From contig CAXXHB010000003.1 in assembly GCA_963664815.2 (NCBI GenBank), forward strand, positions 1,024,001 through 1,088,000: 64,000 nucleotides of DNA, read 5' to 3'. Source of the stretch: Spirochaetota bacterium. Lineage in GTDB: Bacteria; Spirochaetota; UBA4802; UBA5550. Below the pieces are notes generated by a model, which was not told the DNA's origin, made no database searches, and saw nothing but the letters and a program-made list of their open reading frames with translations. The stretch's first letter is position 1, and each line of letters starts with the position of its first letter. Positions 40,807 to 52,252 of this stretch are shown piece by piece. A program made the position numbers and the translations under genes.

Positions 40807-43800
40807 ATGGGAAATGAAGAAGACAACGGCGGCGAATTTAAATTTTCCGAACTGGTAGACATTGAAGAGTTGCGCGGTTTGTGTGAAAGCTTCAGCGCAA
40901 TCACCGGAATGGCGACCGCTATACTTGACCTTGAAGGGAATATTCTGGTTGCTACGGAATGGCAGGACTTATGCACCCGTTTTCACAGGATTAATCCTTT
41001 AACGGCGGGACGTTGCCATGAGAGTGATACTGTATTGGCCGGAAAGCTGGATAAAGGGGAAACCTATAATGTCTACAAATGTAAAAACGGATTGGTTGAT
41101 GTCGCGGTACCGATTATGATTGACGGGAGGCACCTCGCTAATTTTTTTACAGGGCAGTTTTTCTTTGATAAACCGGATAGGGAATTCTTTCTCCGTCAGG
41201 CAAAGGAAGCCGGATTTGATAGAGAGGGGTATATGAACGCGCTGGAACGCGTTCCGGTTTTCAGCGAATTACGGATAAAAAGCGCAATGGATTATTTTTC
41301 ACGCCTGGCAAGGCTCTTTGGTGAGATGGGGCTTTCCGGAAAAAAACTTGAGAAAGCAAACAAAGAACTTAGAAAACAGCATGAAATCCTCAGGACCAAA
41401 GAGTCGGATTACAGAAGTGTTATAGACAATATTCAGGATGTATTTTACCGGAGCGATAAATCGGGGAATCTTATTATGGTGAGCCCAAGCGCTCTGACGC
41501 TTCTGGGATATGAGTCGGCAGATGAGCTTCTCGGGAAGCCGGTTGCGGATGTTTTTTATTACAAGCCTGAGGAAAGGGCTGAATTTCTTAGAGAGATCAG
41601 GGAAAAGGGGAGAGTTACAAACTACGAAGTAGTTCTGAAAACAAAAAGCTGCAATCCGGTAATTGTTGAAGTCAGCAGTCATATATATTTTGATGATGCC
41701 GGAAATTACGCGGGAGTTGAGGGTCTGTTCAGGGACATTACCATGCGCAAACGGCGCGAGAAGGAACTGCGTGAAGCCTCCGAAAAGAGAGTCGAACTGG
41801 AATTTATCATTAATCACAGCCCGGCAATAGCCTGGTTATGGAGGGCTGTCCCGGGATGGCCGGTTGAATACGTGTCAGACAACCTTGCAAATTTCGGTTA
41901 TACACCTGATGATTTTATAAGCGGCAGGATCAGGTATGAATCGGTGATACATCCTGATGACGTTCAGAGGCTGGCTGAAGAGATTGAAAGGTATACGGGG
42001 GAGGGGAGATCGGAGTTTACTCAAGAATACAGAGTTTTGACAAAAGCAGGCGACATACGATGGATTGACGACAGGACATGGATCAGACGCGGTGTTGATG
42101 GAACAATAACTCACTACCAGGGGATAGTCCTGGATATAACCGAGCGTAAAAGAGCTGAAGAGGCGCTGAGGTCAAGCGAGCAGAACCTGAAGGCAATAGT
42201 GGATGGATCTCCTATTCCACAGTTTGTAATAGACAGAAATCATAAGGTGACACACTGGAACAGAGCGCTTGAGGAGTACAGCGGAATCAGGGCTTCAGAT
42301 GTTATCGGCACCAGCAGGCAATGGATGGCATTTTATGACCATGAACGTCCCTGTCTGGTCGACCTGCTGATGGATGGTTCTGCAGATTCAATCGTACAAT
42401 GGTATGAAGGAAAGTTTAACCGTTCGGGGCTTATTGAGAATGCATACGAATCGACAGATTTTTTCCCGGCTATGAAAAACGGAAAATGGCTTCGTTTTAC
42501 CGCAGCTCCGGTATATGATAATAACGGAAAAATTAAAAGTGCAGTGGAAACTCTCTACGATATTACCGATGAGAAAATGGGTGAGGAATTGCTTCGTATA
42601 AATGCAGAGAGGCTGGACACGCTTCTGAAAATAAACCAGATGACCGACACAGCTGACTATGAAATCATGAAATATGCCTTTGAAGAGGCTATAAGGCTCA
42701 CACAGAGCGAAATAGGATATCTTGGATTGATGAATGATGATGAAACTGAAATTGATGTTCAGGTATGGTCGCATGGTGTAATGCCTGAATGCGGTATTAA
42801 TGACAGGAACCTCCATTACCAGGTCAGTACCTCCGGTCTCTGGAGGGAGGCTATACGCCAGCGGAAGGCAGTTTTAAACAATGACGACAATACACCCAGC
42901 CCGCTTTATGAAGAGTCTGATGAAGAGCGGCTGTGGATAAAACGGCATATGCATGTCCCGGTTATAAGCGGCTCAAAGATTGTACTTCTTGCCGGTGTTG
43001 CAAATAAGTATTGCGAATATGATGAAACCGATCTCAGGCAGATGACTCTCCTGATGGAGGGGATGTGGAGTATTATAGAACGAAATCGTGTGTACAGTGA
43101 ATTGAGAGAATCGCAGAGGAGGCTTAAGGATATTATTGATTTTCTTCCTGATGCAACTCTTGTAATTGACAGGAACAGCAGGGTAATAGCCTGGAACAGG
43201 GCTATGGAGGATATGACCGGTATAAAGGGGGCAGATATGATAGGGAAGGGTGACTATGAATATGCTGTCCCGTTTTACGGTGAAAGGAGACCGATATTAA
43301 TAGATTTTGTCCTTGAACAGGATGATAACATTGAGAAGAAATATACAGGAATCAGAAAAGCAGGGGATATTCTTTTTGCCGAAGCTTTTACTCCGGCATT
43401 GCCGGGGGGAGGGGCGTACCTTTCCGGTGCAACCTCTGTTCTTCGCGATTCTTCAGGTGAAATTTTTGCCGCCATTGAATGTATAAGGGATAATACCGAA
43501 CATAAAAAGGCGGAAATGGAACGTAAAAAGCTTGAGGATCAGCTTATCCAGGCGCAGAAGATGGAAGCTGTAGGCAGGCTCGCGGGGGGCGTGGCCCATG
43601 ATTTCAACAATATGCTTACTCCTATAATGGGTTATGCGGAACTTATCAAAAAAAGCCTGTCGAAGGATGATCCTCGTCTGAATAAACTTAACGAGATTAT
43701 CCGCGCTTCGGAAAGGTCACGCGACCTTGTACGGCAGCTTCTTGCCTTTGCGCGGAAGCAGACTCTTGAAGTGAAACCCGTTGACCTGAATACGCTTATA

Positions 43801-44676
43801 TCCGGTTTTGAAAACATGCTTCGTCATACTCTCTCTGAAAATGTTAATATTCAGATGAATCTTACCCCTTCAGCCTTTCTGATTATGGCCGATATCGGAC
43901 AGATTGAGCAGGTTATACTGAATCTGGCTATCAATGCCCAGGATGCAATGCCGGCCGGGGGTACTTTATTTATAATAACTTCATCTGAGGAGATTGATGA
44001 GTCTTATGCAAGAAGTCATGAAGATATAAAGGCCGGATCTTATGTTGTTATGGAGATTGCCGATACCGGAGAAGGTATTGATTTTGAGACCCGTAAGAGG
44101 ATATTTGAACCTTTTTTTACCACAAAGGGGGGGAGAGGTACAGGTCTGGGCCTTGCTACGGTTTACGGAATAATCAAACAGCATGGAGGGCATATTTCTG
44201 TCTACAGTGAACTGAATAAGGGTACCAGTTTCAGGGTTTATATTCCGTGCTACGAGGGTACAGTCCCTGCAAGCTCCCATGCGCCGGAAACTGAAATATC
44301 TGCAGATGGCCGGGAGACTCTTCTGGTGGTTGAGGATCAGGAACAGGTGCGTAAAATGACCATAAACCTTCTGGCAGACTGCGGGTATACAGTCATTGAG
44401 GCCATGGATGTCAAAACTGCACTGGAAATTGCCGGATCATACCGGAAGAATATTCAGATGCTGATCACAGATGTTGTGCTCCCCGACGGGAACGGGAAAG
44501 AGCTTTATAAAAGCCTTTTTGAAAAACGTATATGCTCCAGAGTACTATATATGTCGGGTTATCCCAGCGATATAATAAGTCACCACGGGATTCTTGAAAC
44601 AAATGTACATTTCATCCAGAAACCCTTCCAGATGGCTGCTTTTATTAAAAAAGTAAGGGAAGTGCTTGATGAGTGA
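40807..44676 (+). CDS. PocR-PAS-GAF hybrid histidine kinase
   Basis: PocR ([25 protein letters not shown]); multiple PAS; GAF; [10 protein letters not shown]; C-terminal REC. Confidence 0.92.
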   Translation: MGNEEDNGGEFKFSELVDIEELRGLCESFSAITGMATAILDLEGNILVATEWQDLCTRFHRINPLTAGRCHESDTVLAGKLDKGETYNVYKCKNGLVDVAVPIMIDGRHLANFFTGQFFFDKPDREFFLRQAKEAGFDREGYMNALERVPVFSELRIKSAMDYFSRLARLFGEMGLSGKKLEKANKELRKQHEILRTKESDYRSVIDNIQDVFYRSDKSGNLIMVSPSALTLLGYESADELLGKPVADVFYYKPEERAEFLREIREKGRVTNYEVVLKTKSCNPVIVEVSSHIYFDDAGNYAGVEGLFRDITMRKRREKELREASEKRVELEFIINHSPAIAWLWRAVPGWPVEYVSDNLANFGYTPDDFISGRIRYESVIHPDDVQRLAEEIERYTGEGRSEFTQEYRVLTKAGDIRWIDDRTWIRRGVDGTITHYQGIVLDITERKRAEEALRSSEQNLKAIVDGSPIPQFVIDRNHKVTHWNRALEEYSGIRASDVIGTSRQWMAFYDHERPCLVDLLMDGSADSIVQWYEGKFNRSGLIENAYESTDFFPAMKNGKWLRFTAAPVYDNNGKIKSAVETLYDITDEKMGEELLRINAERLDTLLKINQMTDTADYEIMKYAFEEAIRLTQSEIGYLGLMNDDETEIDVQVWSHGVMPECGINDRNLHYQVSTSGLWREAIRQRKAVLNNDDNTPSPLYEESDEERLWIKRHMHVPVISGSKIVLLAGVANKYCEYDETDLRQMTLLMEGMWSIIERNRVYSELRESQRRLKDIIDFLPDATLVIDRNSRVIAWNRAMEDMTGIKGADMIGKGDYEYAVPFYGERRPILIDFVLEQDDNIEKKYTGIRKAGDILFAEAFTPALPGGGAYLSGATSVLRDSSGEIFAAIECIRDNTEHKKAEMERKKLEDQLIQAQKMEAVGRLAGGVAHDFNNMLTPIMGYAELIKKSLSKDDPRLNKLNEIIRASERSRDLVRQLLAFARKQTLEVKPVDLNTLISGFENMLRHTLSENVNIQMNLTPSAFLIMADIGQIEQVILNLAINAQDAMPAGGTLFIITSSEEIDESYARSHEDIKAGSYVVMEIADTGEGIDFETRKRIFEPFFTTKGGRGTGLGLATVYGIIKQHGGHISVYSELNKGTSFRVYIPCYEGTVPASSHAPETEISADGRETLLVVEDQEQVRKMTINLLADCGYTVIEAMDVKTALEIAGSYRKNIQMLITDVVLPDGNGKELYKSLFEKRICSRVLYMSGYPSDIISHHGILETNVHFIQKPFQMAAFIKKVREVLDE

Positions 44677-44724
44677 CCGGATATATAACAGGTAAATAAT
44701 CGTTATTTTTTAACAGGAAAAAGA

Positions 44725-47004
44725 ATGAAAGGCGGAAAACTTAATATCGGGATTATACCCACCCCATATGTCCGGAAATGGCAGGAGTCAGTGGATATAT
44801 TATCAGAAATCTCGAGCGCTCAATTGTCTGTATTGATGAGAGTTGATGGTGATTTTCTTGAAGTAATTGCAGCTAATGGTGCTGCTGCAGTTCCGGTGAA
44901 TACAGGATACCGGATTAATAAAATGCCGCGTTCGTTTTTTGAAAAGATAGCAGGTTCAGGAGAGCTTGTCTGTGCTGTAAATGATTCACAGGATGTAAAC
45001 AGCAAAGAGATGTCCGATCTGAACCTGGGGTTTGTCTCCTGCATCGGCATCCGGCTGGTTCTCCCTGATGATGAACTCTTCGGACTTCTCTGTGTACTGT
45101 ATAATGATGAGATATCTTTTAACAGCAGCATCGGGAAAATTATTTCAGGATTGAGACGGATTATTGAAATTGATCTCAGAATATATATACATGATTCTCT
45201 TATAAATGATGACCTGAAAAGCAGGGAGTTCCGTTTCGAGGAGAGGTTCAGGCAGATCGCTGAAAATATCACAGAGGTATTCTGGATAGTATCCTCAGAC
45301 TGGAATGAAATGATATACGTCAGCCCTGCATACGAGGAGATATGGGGCAAGAGCTGCAGGAGTTTATATGAAGATCCACGTTCGTGGCTTGATTCAGTGG
45401 CTGCTGATGACCGCGAATCTGTACTTTCGGCCATACGTGACAAGGCATCGGGAGATATAACGGATCCCGGGTTTCCGGAGTACCGGATAATCCGCCCTGA
45501 TGGCAGCATCAGGTGGATTTACGCCAGGGCTTTTCCCGTAAGAAACGCTGAAGGTGAAACATACAGGATGGCGGGGATTGCCGAGGATATAACCGGACGC
45601 AAGAATATTGAACTTGAACTGAAACTCAAGGAGAATGCCCTTGATTCATCGCTCAGCGGTATAGGGATATCTGATATGAAAGGGAAGATCGTTTATGTCA
45701 ATCCTTCAATGGTTAAAATGTGGGGATATGATTCGGCTGATGAGATAAAGGGGAGGATAGCGGCTGAATTCTGGGAAAAACCTGACATGGCTGTTCAGGT
45801 AAACCGTGACATCCTTAAAAATGAAATTTATTCCGGACTCCTCTCGGCATTAAGGAAAGACGGTTCCGTTTTTATGTCCCGTTTTTTTGCAACTATGCTC
45901 AAGGGGAAAGATGGAAGGGCAATGTATCTTATGGGATCATTTCTCAATGTAACCGAAGAGCTGAAATCGGAACAGATTTTAATGGACAGCGAAGCCAGGC
46001 TTAAAGAGGCGCAGGAGATTGCCAACCTGGGGTACTGGGATTATGACATTAAAAATGACCGCCTCACATGGTCGGACGAAATGTACAGGATATTCAACCT
46101 TGAGCCCGGATCTGTAGTGCCTACATATGAAGCCTTTCTTGACAATGTACATCCGGACGAAAGGGAGTTTGTCAACCAGATATATACCGGATTCATCTAC
46201 AGCAGAATACCTTATGATATAGTACACAGGTTTGATCTGAAAGATGGTACAGTGAAGTATGTTAATGAAAGATGCAGAATTGAATGTGACAGCAAAGGGA
46301 AGGCTGTCCGGTCATTCGGCACTGTTCTTGACATTACAGGGAGGATTGAGTCTGAAAATCAGCTGAAGGATGCACTTAAAGAAAAGGAGGCCCTGATTCA
46401 TGAAATATACCACAGAACCAGGAATAATATGCAGATTATCTGCGGCCTCATGGAACTGAAGGCATCATATCTTGGAAACAGTGAACTTGCCGAACAGTGC
46501 ATGGAGATTGAGAACAGAATTATGTTCATGGCTCTTGCCCATGAAAAGCTCAGCCGGTCGGGTAATCTATCAAAAATAGATTTCAGGGAATATATTGAGG
46601 AGCTGGTGGAGCTACTTCTGAAAAGATACAGAGTCTCAGATGAACGTATAACGGTTTCAATAGATGTGGAAAACATCAACCTCCTTATTGATTATGCTGT
46701 TCCATGCGGGCTGATACTTGGCGAGCTTTTATCCAATTCATTCAAACATGCCTTCCCGGGGGGGAGGAGAGGGAATGTCTCTGTAAAATGCTTCAGAACC
46801 GGAGAATATATAGAGATACATTCGGGGGATGACGGCTGCGGACTTCCCGTGTCATTTGACATTAATAATGCGGACAGCTTCGGATTGATGATAATGAAAA
46901 ATATAGTCATAAGCCAGCTCAGGGGGATTGTGGAGTGTAAAAACGAAAGCGGAGTCTCTTGGCGTATAGTTTTCAACGATAATAAATATTACGAGCGTGT
47001 ATGA
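44725..47004 (+). CDS. GAF-PAS histidine kinase (HisKA_2 type)
   Basis: EIYHRTRNNMQ, ELLSNSFKHAF, DDGCG; PAS repeats. Confidence 0.88.
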   Translation: MKGGKLNIGIIPTPYVRKWQESVDILSEISSAQLSVLMRVDGDFLEVIAANGAAAVPVNTGYRINKMPRSFFEKIAGSGELVCAVNDSQDVNSKEMSDLNLGFVSCIGIRLVLPDDELFGLLCVLYNDEISFNSSIGKIISGLRRIIEIDLRIYIHDSLINDDLKSREFRFEERFRQIAENITEVFWIVSSDWNEMIYVSPAYEEIWGKSCRSLYEDPRSWLDSVAADDRESVLSAIRDKASGDITDPGFPEYRIIRPDGSIRWIYARAFPVRNAEGETYRMAGIAEDITGRKNIELELKLKENALDSSLSGIGISDMKGKIVYVNPSMVKMWGYDSADEIKGRIAAEFWEKPDMAVQVNRDILKNEIYSGLLSALRKDGSVFMSRFFATMLKGKDGRAMYLMGSFLNVTEELKSEQILMDSEARLKEAQEIANLGYWDYDIKNDRLTWSDEMYRIFNLEPGSVVPTYEAFLDNVHPDEREFVNQIYTGFIYSRIPYDIVHRFDLKDGTVKYVNERCRIECDSKGKAVRSFGTVLDITGRIESENQLKDALKEKEALIHEIYHRTRNNMQIICGLMELKASYLGNSELAEQCMEIENRIMFMALAHEKLSRSGNLSKIDFREYIEELVELLLKRYRVSDERITVSIDVENINLLIDYAVPCGLILGELLSNSFKHAFPGGRRGNVSVKCFRTGEYIEIHSGDDGCGLPVSFDINNADSFGLMIMKNIVISQLRGIVECKNESGVSWRIVFNDNKYYERV

Positions 47005-47378
47005 CAAAAGCGGATAAAATCAGGCTGATGATAGTTGAGGATGAAATCATTACCGCAATGCTTATCAGAAAGAGAATGACAGGCATCGGACTTGATGTCT
47101 GCGGCATAGCCGCATCCGGTGAAGAGGCCGTGCTGATGGCCGATCTTCACAGACCGGATCTGATAATGATGGACATCAGACTCTCCGGTATAATTGACGG
47201 CATTGAGGCGGCATGGAGAATTGTACAGTCTATGGAGTCAAAAATTGTATTCGTTACAGGATATATCAATGAAGACATTCAGAATGAAGTAAAAAAAATA
47301 AATCCGCTGGCCTTCCTGACAAAACCTGTGAATTTTGACGAATTGATTGAAATTATAAAGCGTGAGTTTTCTCTTTGA
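47001..47378 (+). CDS. single-domain response regulator
   Basis: IVEDE, MMDIRL, FVTG, TKP. Confidence 0.9.
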   Translation: MTKADKIRLMIVEDEIITAMLIRKRMTGIGLDVCGIAASGEEAVLMADLHRPDLIMMDIRLSGIIDGIEAAWRIVQSMESKIVFVTGYINEDIQNEVKKINPLAFLTKPVNFDELIEIIKREFSL

Positions 47379-47399
47379 CGCTGTTTCCGACACATTAAG

Positions 47400-47440
47400 A
47401 AAATCCGCATTATCCGGCGGATTTCCTTAATGCGGATTTT
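47400..47440. terminator. hairpin between convergent genes
   Basis: AAATCCGCATTA...TAATGCGGATTT. Confidence 0.5.
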
Positions 47441-50400
47441 TTAGCTCCGGGTTTAGTCTTAACCTTTTCTGCCGTTTCAGTCGCCGGTTCATCCGGATCA
47501 GTTTCATCCGAAAGTGTGTCAGGTTTCTTTTTTATTCTGAATCTGCTTTCTATAAACTCCCTGAACATGTCGATGTATTCAAATGTAGCAGGTACTACCG
47601 CCAGCGTAATTACTGTTGAAACAAGAAGACCTCCGAGAATTGCAACACCCATCGACTGCTTTATCTGGGCCCCTTCACCGAGACCCAAAGCAAGGGGGAG
47701 CATGCCGGCCATCATGGCGAATGTTGTCATAAGAATCGGACGCAGCCTTTTAAGCCCGGCATCCATAATTGCCTTCTTCCTCTCAACTCCCGATCGTACC
47801 CCCTCCAGGGCAAAGTCAACAAGGAGTATTGAGTTCTTGGTGACAAGCCCCATGAGCATTACCATCCCTATCATGCTGAACATGTCAAGAGTAAACCCGG
47901 TTACAAGCAGTGAGATTAACGCACCGGTCATGGCGGGTGGAATTGCAAGGAGTATGGTAAAGGGTGTAATAAACGATTCGTAAAGGCTTGCAAGCACCAG
48001 AAAGATAAATATAAACGAGAGGGTGAAAGCAACTTTTATTCCCGAGAGAAGCTCTCCGAAGCTCTCTGATTCCCCTATAAAACTGTATGTAACACCGTTG
48101 GGGAGAGGATATTTCTCTTTAATCAGTTTTTCAGTCAGGTTCATTGCATTACCGACGGCGCCCTTTGCCGAGAGGTTTGCAGTTATTGCTATTACGTACG
48201 CCCTGTCCTGGCGGCTTATTTTTGATTTGCCGGTTGTGCTGTTGAAATCCGCTATGGCAGTCAGGGGAACCATCATGTTATGCATATTAGGTATTTTTGT
48301 CGATTTATAGGTGTATCTCAGATCTCTCTGGTCAGGTCTGAGCCTTGCCCTGATGTCGTATTCAAGACCGCCGTCTGTAAGTTTGCCGACTACTGCGCCG
48401 GCTACATCATACCTCAGTTCCATCCCCGCAACACCAGGTATTACACCGAGTTCTTTCATCTTGAACTGATTCATTTTAACCTGAAATTCCGCTTTACCGG
48501 TTTCATAACTCGATTCAACCTCGGTCAGGTCTGGTATTTTCTGCAGATCCTTTAACATGTCTGTTGAGTATTTTTCTATCTGTTCAAGATTATTCCCCTT
48601 TATGGCGAGAATGTACGGCTTGTCATCAATTGATGAGATTTTAATCCTGTCAACGGCAGGTCTGGCGTATTGAAAATCTGCAAGAAATTTCCTGGTTTCG
48701 GTCTTGTTCCACTCTGTATTGTTCTTTCTCATCTCAACCGGCAGGAGAAAACAGTCAATTTTTCCCTGTTCAGGTTCCCCCTGGTCGCCCCCTATCGTTA
48801 CCGACATATAGTCAAGATCCTGAAGCGTTTTAATCCTGGTCTCAATTTGGCTTATTACCTCCTGCGTACCCTGGAGACTTGTGCCGTTGGGAAGTTTTAT
48901 GGAAATAGTATACATTCCATCATCCCCTTCAGAAACAAATCCCTGTTTAATAAAAGCCATTAAACCAAGGCTGCTTATGAAAACGAGTGTTGTAATTATT
49001 ATAATTGTGAGAGGTTTGGTGAGGCAGAAGTTCATTATAACAAGATATTTCTCTTCAAGGTATTTCTGGAACTTCTCGAAATTTCTGACCAGAATATTTT
49101 TAGCCTTTTCACCCGAGCCTGCGAAGTAGGCGCTGAGGAAAGGGGCGACTGTAAGTGCGTCGAAGAGACTCACCGCCATTGCGAATACTACGGTAAATCC
49201 GAACTGTTTGAAAAACCTTCCAACTATACCCTGGAGGAATGCAATGGGGATAAATACAGACATGATTGTAAGGGTTGTGGCTATAACGGCAAGCATAACC
49301 TCTTTCGTCCCCTTTTCAGCCGCCTCGTCCGGAGGGAGACCGCCTTCAAGTTTCCGGAATATATTCTCCCTGACAACGATGGCGTCATCGACAAGAAGAC
49401 CGACGGTAAGAGAAAGTGCCAGCAGCGTAATCATATTTATCGTGAAGCCCATGTAGTACATTATTATAAATGCGCCGATGAGCGAATTAGGTATGGCAAC
49501 ACCTGTAATAATTGTGGAGCGTATGTTTCCCAGAAAGAGATAAACAACGAATATGGCAAGAATTATCCCGAGTATAATATCCCGTGATGTTTCGTCAACG
49601 TTTATCCTTATCCAGTGGGATGTGTCAAGAACTGTAATGAGTTTCGGAACGCCTTTGTAATCCTTAAGCATGGTGTTTACATCGCCCAGACTTTTGTATA
49701 CTTCATCGACGACCTTTACAGTGTTTGCTCCCGACCGTTTCTGAATGTCAAGGAAGATACATGATCTTGTGGTTCTTGCCGGATTGGCTTCATTTTTCTT
49801 CTTTTTGTACTTGGCCCCCTTCTCATAGGGGTAGTAGAGGTAAGTGATGTTCTTGATATCTTCATTGCCGTCCCTTACTGTTCCAAGGTCTTTAAGCGCA
49901 ATCCCGCTTCCCATGTCACCTGAAAATGAAATGAGGCTGTTTTCAATCTGGGAAAGCTTTGTAAACTCCCCGATTGCCCTGAAGTTTGTTTCGGTGCTTC
50001 CATGTTCTCTCTTTCCGATCGGGATATTTGAACCTGATCCCTTCATGTTGTGGACAACTGAAGTGGTGGAAAGCCTGAACTCGTTAAGTTTATCCTGATT
50101 CAGTTCAACCTGTATTTCACGCCTTGTGCCTCCAAGGAGCTTTACGTCGCCGACGCCCTCTATGCGGACAAGCCTCGGTTTCAGCACCTCTTTGGCGATA
50201 TCATAAATATCGGAAGGGGAGAGGTCGGCAACAAGTCCCATCCTGAGAATTGGCGAATCGGAGGGGTCAAGCTGTTGTACAAGCGGTTCGTCTATATCAT
50301 CGGGGAGTTTATTCTTGGCAATGTTTATCTTTCCACGAACTGTCTGGTCAGCCTGCCTTAAATCGGTATCAAGCATAAATTCAATTGTTATAATGGATAT

Positions 50401-50661
50401 TCCCTCAAGGTTTGTCGAGTATATATGCCTTATCCCTTCAACTGCACCGAGTTCCTCCTCAAGAGGCTTGGTTATCAGTTTCTCAATCTCCTCTGGTGCG
50501 GCACCGGGATACACGGTAGATATGGAGAGCATTGGAAAGTTAATTTCCGGGAAAAGATCAACTCCGAGCCTGTTCAATGAAATGACGCCGAAGGTCAGCA
50601 TTGACAGCACTATACATGAGATAAGAATAGGGCGTTTTATGGAAAGCTTTGCTATGTTCAT
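47410..50661 (-). CDS. RND efflux permease (AcrB/AcrD/AcrF family)
   Basis: YPGAAPEEIE, VDDAIVV.EN, KNSILLVDF, RLRPILMT. Confidence 0.95.
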   Translation of the reverse strand: MNIAKLSIKRPILISCIVLSMLTFGVISLNRLGVDLFPEINFPMLSISTVYPGAAPEEIEKLITKPLEEELGAVEGIRHIYSTNLEGISIITIEFMLDTDLRQADQTVRGKINIAKNKLPDDIDEPLVQQLDPSDSPILRMGLVADLSPSDIYDIAKEVLKPRLVRIEGVGDVKLLGGTRREIQVELNQDKLNEFRLSTTSVVHNMKGSGSNIPIGKREHGSTETNFRAIGEFTKLSQIENSLISFSGDMGSGIALKDLGTVRDGNEDIKNITYLYYPYEKGAKYKKKKNEANPARTTRSCIFLDIQKRSGANTVKVVDEVYKSLGDVNTMLKDYKGVPKLITVLDTSHWIRINVDETSRDIILGIILAIFVVYLFLGNIRSTIITGVAIPNSLIGAFIIMYYMGFTINMITLLALSLTVGLLVDDAIVVRENIFRKLEGGLPPDEAAEKGTKEVMLAVIATTLTIMSVFIPIAFLQGIVGRFFKQFGFTVVFAMAVSLFDALTVAPFLSAYFAGSGEKAKNILVRNFEKFQKYLEEKYLVIMNFCLTKPLTIIIITTLVFISSLGLMAFIKQGFVSEGDDGMYTISIKLPNGTSLQGTQEVISQIETRIKTLQDLDYMSVTIGGDQGEPEQGKIDCFLLPVEMRKNNTEWNKTETRKFLADFQYARPAVDRIKISSIDDKPYILAIKGNNLEQIEKYSTDMLKDLQKIPDLTEVESSYETGKAEFQVKMNQFKMKELGVIPGVAGMELRYDVAGAVVGKLTDGGLEYDIRARLRPDQRDLRYTYKSTKIPNMHNMMVPLTAIADFNSTTGKSKISRQDRAYVIAITANLSAKGAVGNAMNLTEKLIKEKYPLPNGVTYSFIGESESFGELLSGIKVAFTLSFIFIFLVLASLYESFITPFTILLAIPPAMTGALISLLVTGFTLDMFSMIGMVMLMGLVTKNSILLVDFALEGVRSGVERKKAIMDAGLKRLRPILMTTFAMMAGMLPLALGLGEGAQIKQSMGVAILGGLLVSTVITLAVVPATFEYIDMFREFIESRFRIKKKPDTLSDETDPDEPATETAEKVKTKPGAKKSALRKSAG

Positions 50662-50742
50662 ATAGTGGTTCCTTTTTAAAATAATCAGAATTGCAACTTT
50701 TTTATTAAGGCAGTTAGGGACAAATTACTCTTAACTATATAA

Positions 50743-50785
50743 TTTAATTAACTGGTTAATTAAAATTCTGGTTTAAATCTGTCAA
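50743..50785 (-). promoter_or_regulatory. RND promoter with palindromic (TetR-type) operator
   Basis: Minus-strand TTGACA at 50780-50785; palindrome TTTAATTAAC-TG-GTTAATTAAA (50743-50764) over the -10 region. Confidence 0.6.
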
Positions 50786-50896
50786 TAATTTTTCACTGTT
50801 ATTCAGTTTATGGAGCTGATTTTCTGATAAATCTGTAAAAAAACTGATAAAAAAACGATATGAATGAAATTCTGTGGATTCAATGGAGATTAATGA

Positions 50897-52240
50897 CTAG
50901 AATACCTTCTTTATTACCATGAGTGTAATATCATCGTCCTGCCCTGCCTTGTATGAGTCTATATCATCAAGCATGGCGAGAATTATTTCGTTTATGGGGA
51001 GTGAGCTGTGCAATCTGAAAGATTGTATTACGCGTTCATCCCCATAAAGTTCCCCTTTGCTGTCCACAGCCTCTGAAGCGCCGTCAGTATATAAAAGTAT
51101 AAGATCACCAGCACTGATCTCTATTTCATGATCTTTCATAAAATGATCAATATTATCTGCTATTCCTATCCATGTGCCTGAGGTGGGGATAATATCGATG
51201 TTGCCGGAACTCCTCATAATTACAACATCCTGGTGTTTCCCGGCAACTGTCAGTTTACTCTCTTCCAGTTTCAGAGCTATTATTGTCATGTATCTTTTCA
51301 TGTTAAGGCGGAGAATGTTTTTTCTTATTACGGAATTTATAGCACTGAGCATTCTGGAGGGGGCGTAACCCGAAGTGCGGTTAAGAATTGAAAATATGCT
51401 TGTCTGAGTCATCATCATTATGAGCCCGGAATCCACACCGTGACCCGATACATCCCCTATGGTAACCCATTTTTCCCCGGAATCGGTCTCAAAAAAATCG
51501 TAATAATCACCCCCGACTTCATCGGCAGGTTTCATTACAGCCGCAACCTGGTATTCTCCAAGGCGTCCGTTTCCCGGAAGAAGTGAAGTCTGTATTTTTT
51601 TTGCGAGTTTCATCTCTCCCCATAATGCATCTCTTGCTTTACGGAGTTCTGTCCGCAGAAAAAATTCCTGTTTAATAAGTTTATGCCTCACATAATTTAT
51701 GCTTACCGCTATGATAACTGTTCCATTCATAAAGTAAAGATTATTGATCAGATTCTCTGCTCTGAAAGGGTGGGGGAAAATAAGATTTATTACGACATAA
51801 AACATGACAAGCATAAAGCCATTTATGGCTGAATGGTAAGCCTCCCAGGGGAGCAGCAGGTTTACCCCTATAATCACAAGATTTATTCCTGCATAATAAC
51901 TTGAGTCAAATCCGCCGAGGTTCACTGTCATGATGGCAATAACACCCCCTACAACAAGGGACACCAGATAACCGTGTAAATGTGAAAATGTTCCCGGTGA
52001 GGTTTTTTTAATAATAAAATACTGGATAACCGGGATAGCGGTTGCAGTTATTCTGTACAGGGCAAACCGGGGAAGCAGATCCGCCGGCATTGTAAAATAG
52101 TCAAGTATAAAGAAGAGGGGGACAAGTACAAAGGCAAGCGCAGTAAGTGTAAGCGACCATTCATGAATAATTTTATGGAGGTACTCATTAATTGTAAAAT
52201 CTGTTGCTCTTGAAAGGTTTTTCCAGGTTCTTACGGTCAT
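50897..52240 (-). CDS. membrane sensor fused to PP2C/SpoIIE phosphatase
   Basis: ~6 TM including SSYYAGINLV..LLPW; VGGDYYDF, IGDVSGHG, LYTDG, DDITL. Confidence 0.9.
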   Translation of the reverse strand: MTVRTWKNLSRATDFTINEYLHKIIHEWSLTLTALAFVLVPLFFILDYFTMPADLLPRFALYRITATAIPVIQYFIIKKTSPGTFSHLHGYLVSLVVGGVIAIMTVNLGGFDSSYYAGINLVIIGVNLLLPWEAYHSAINGFMLVMFYVVINLIFPHPFRAENLINNLYFMNGTVIIAVSINYVRHKLIKQEFFLRTELRKARDALWGEMKLAKKIQTSLLPGNGRLGEYQVAAVMKPADEVGGDYYDFFETDSGEKWVTIGDVSGHGVDSGLIMMMTQTSIFSILNRTSGYAPSRMLSAINSVIRKNILRLNMKRYMTIIALKLEESKLTVAGKHQDVVIMRSSGNIDIIPTSGTWIGIADNIDHFMKDHEIEISAGDLILLYTDGASEAVDSKGELYGDERVIQSFRLHSSLPINEIILAMLDDIDSYKAGQDDDITLMVIKKVF

Positions 52241-52252
52241 ATTATTAATTAC

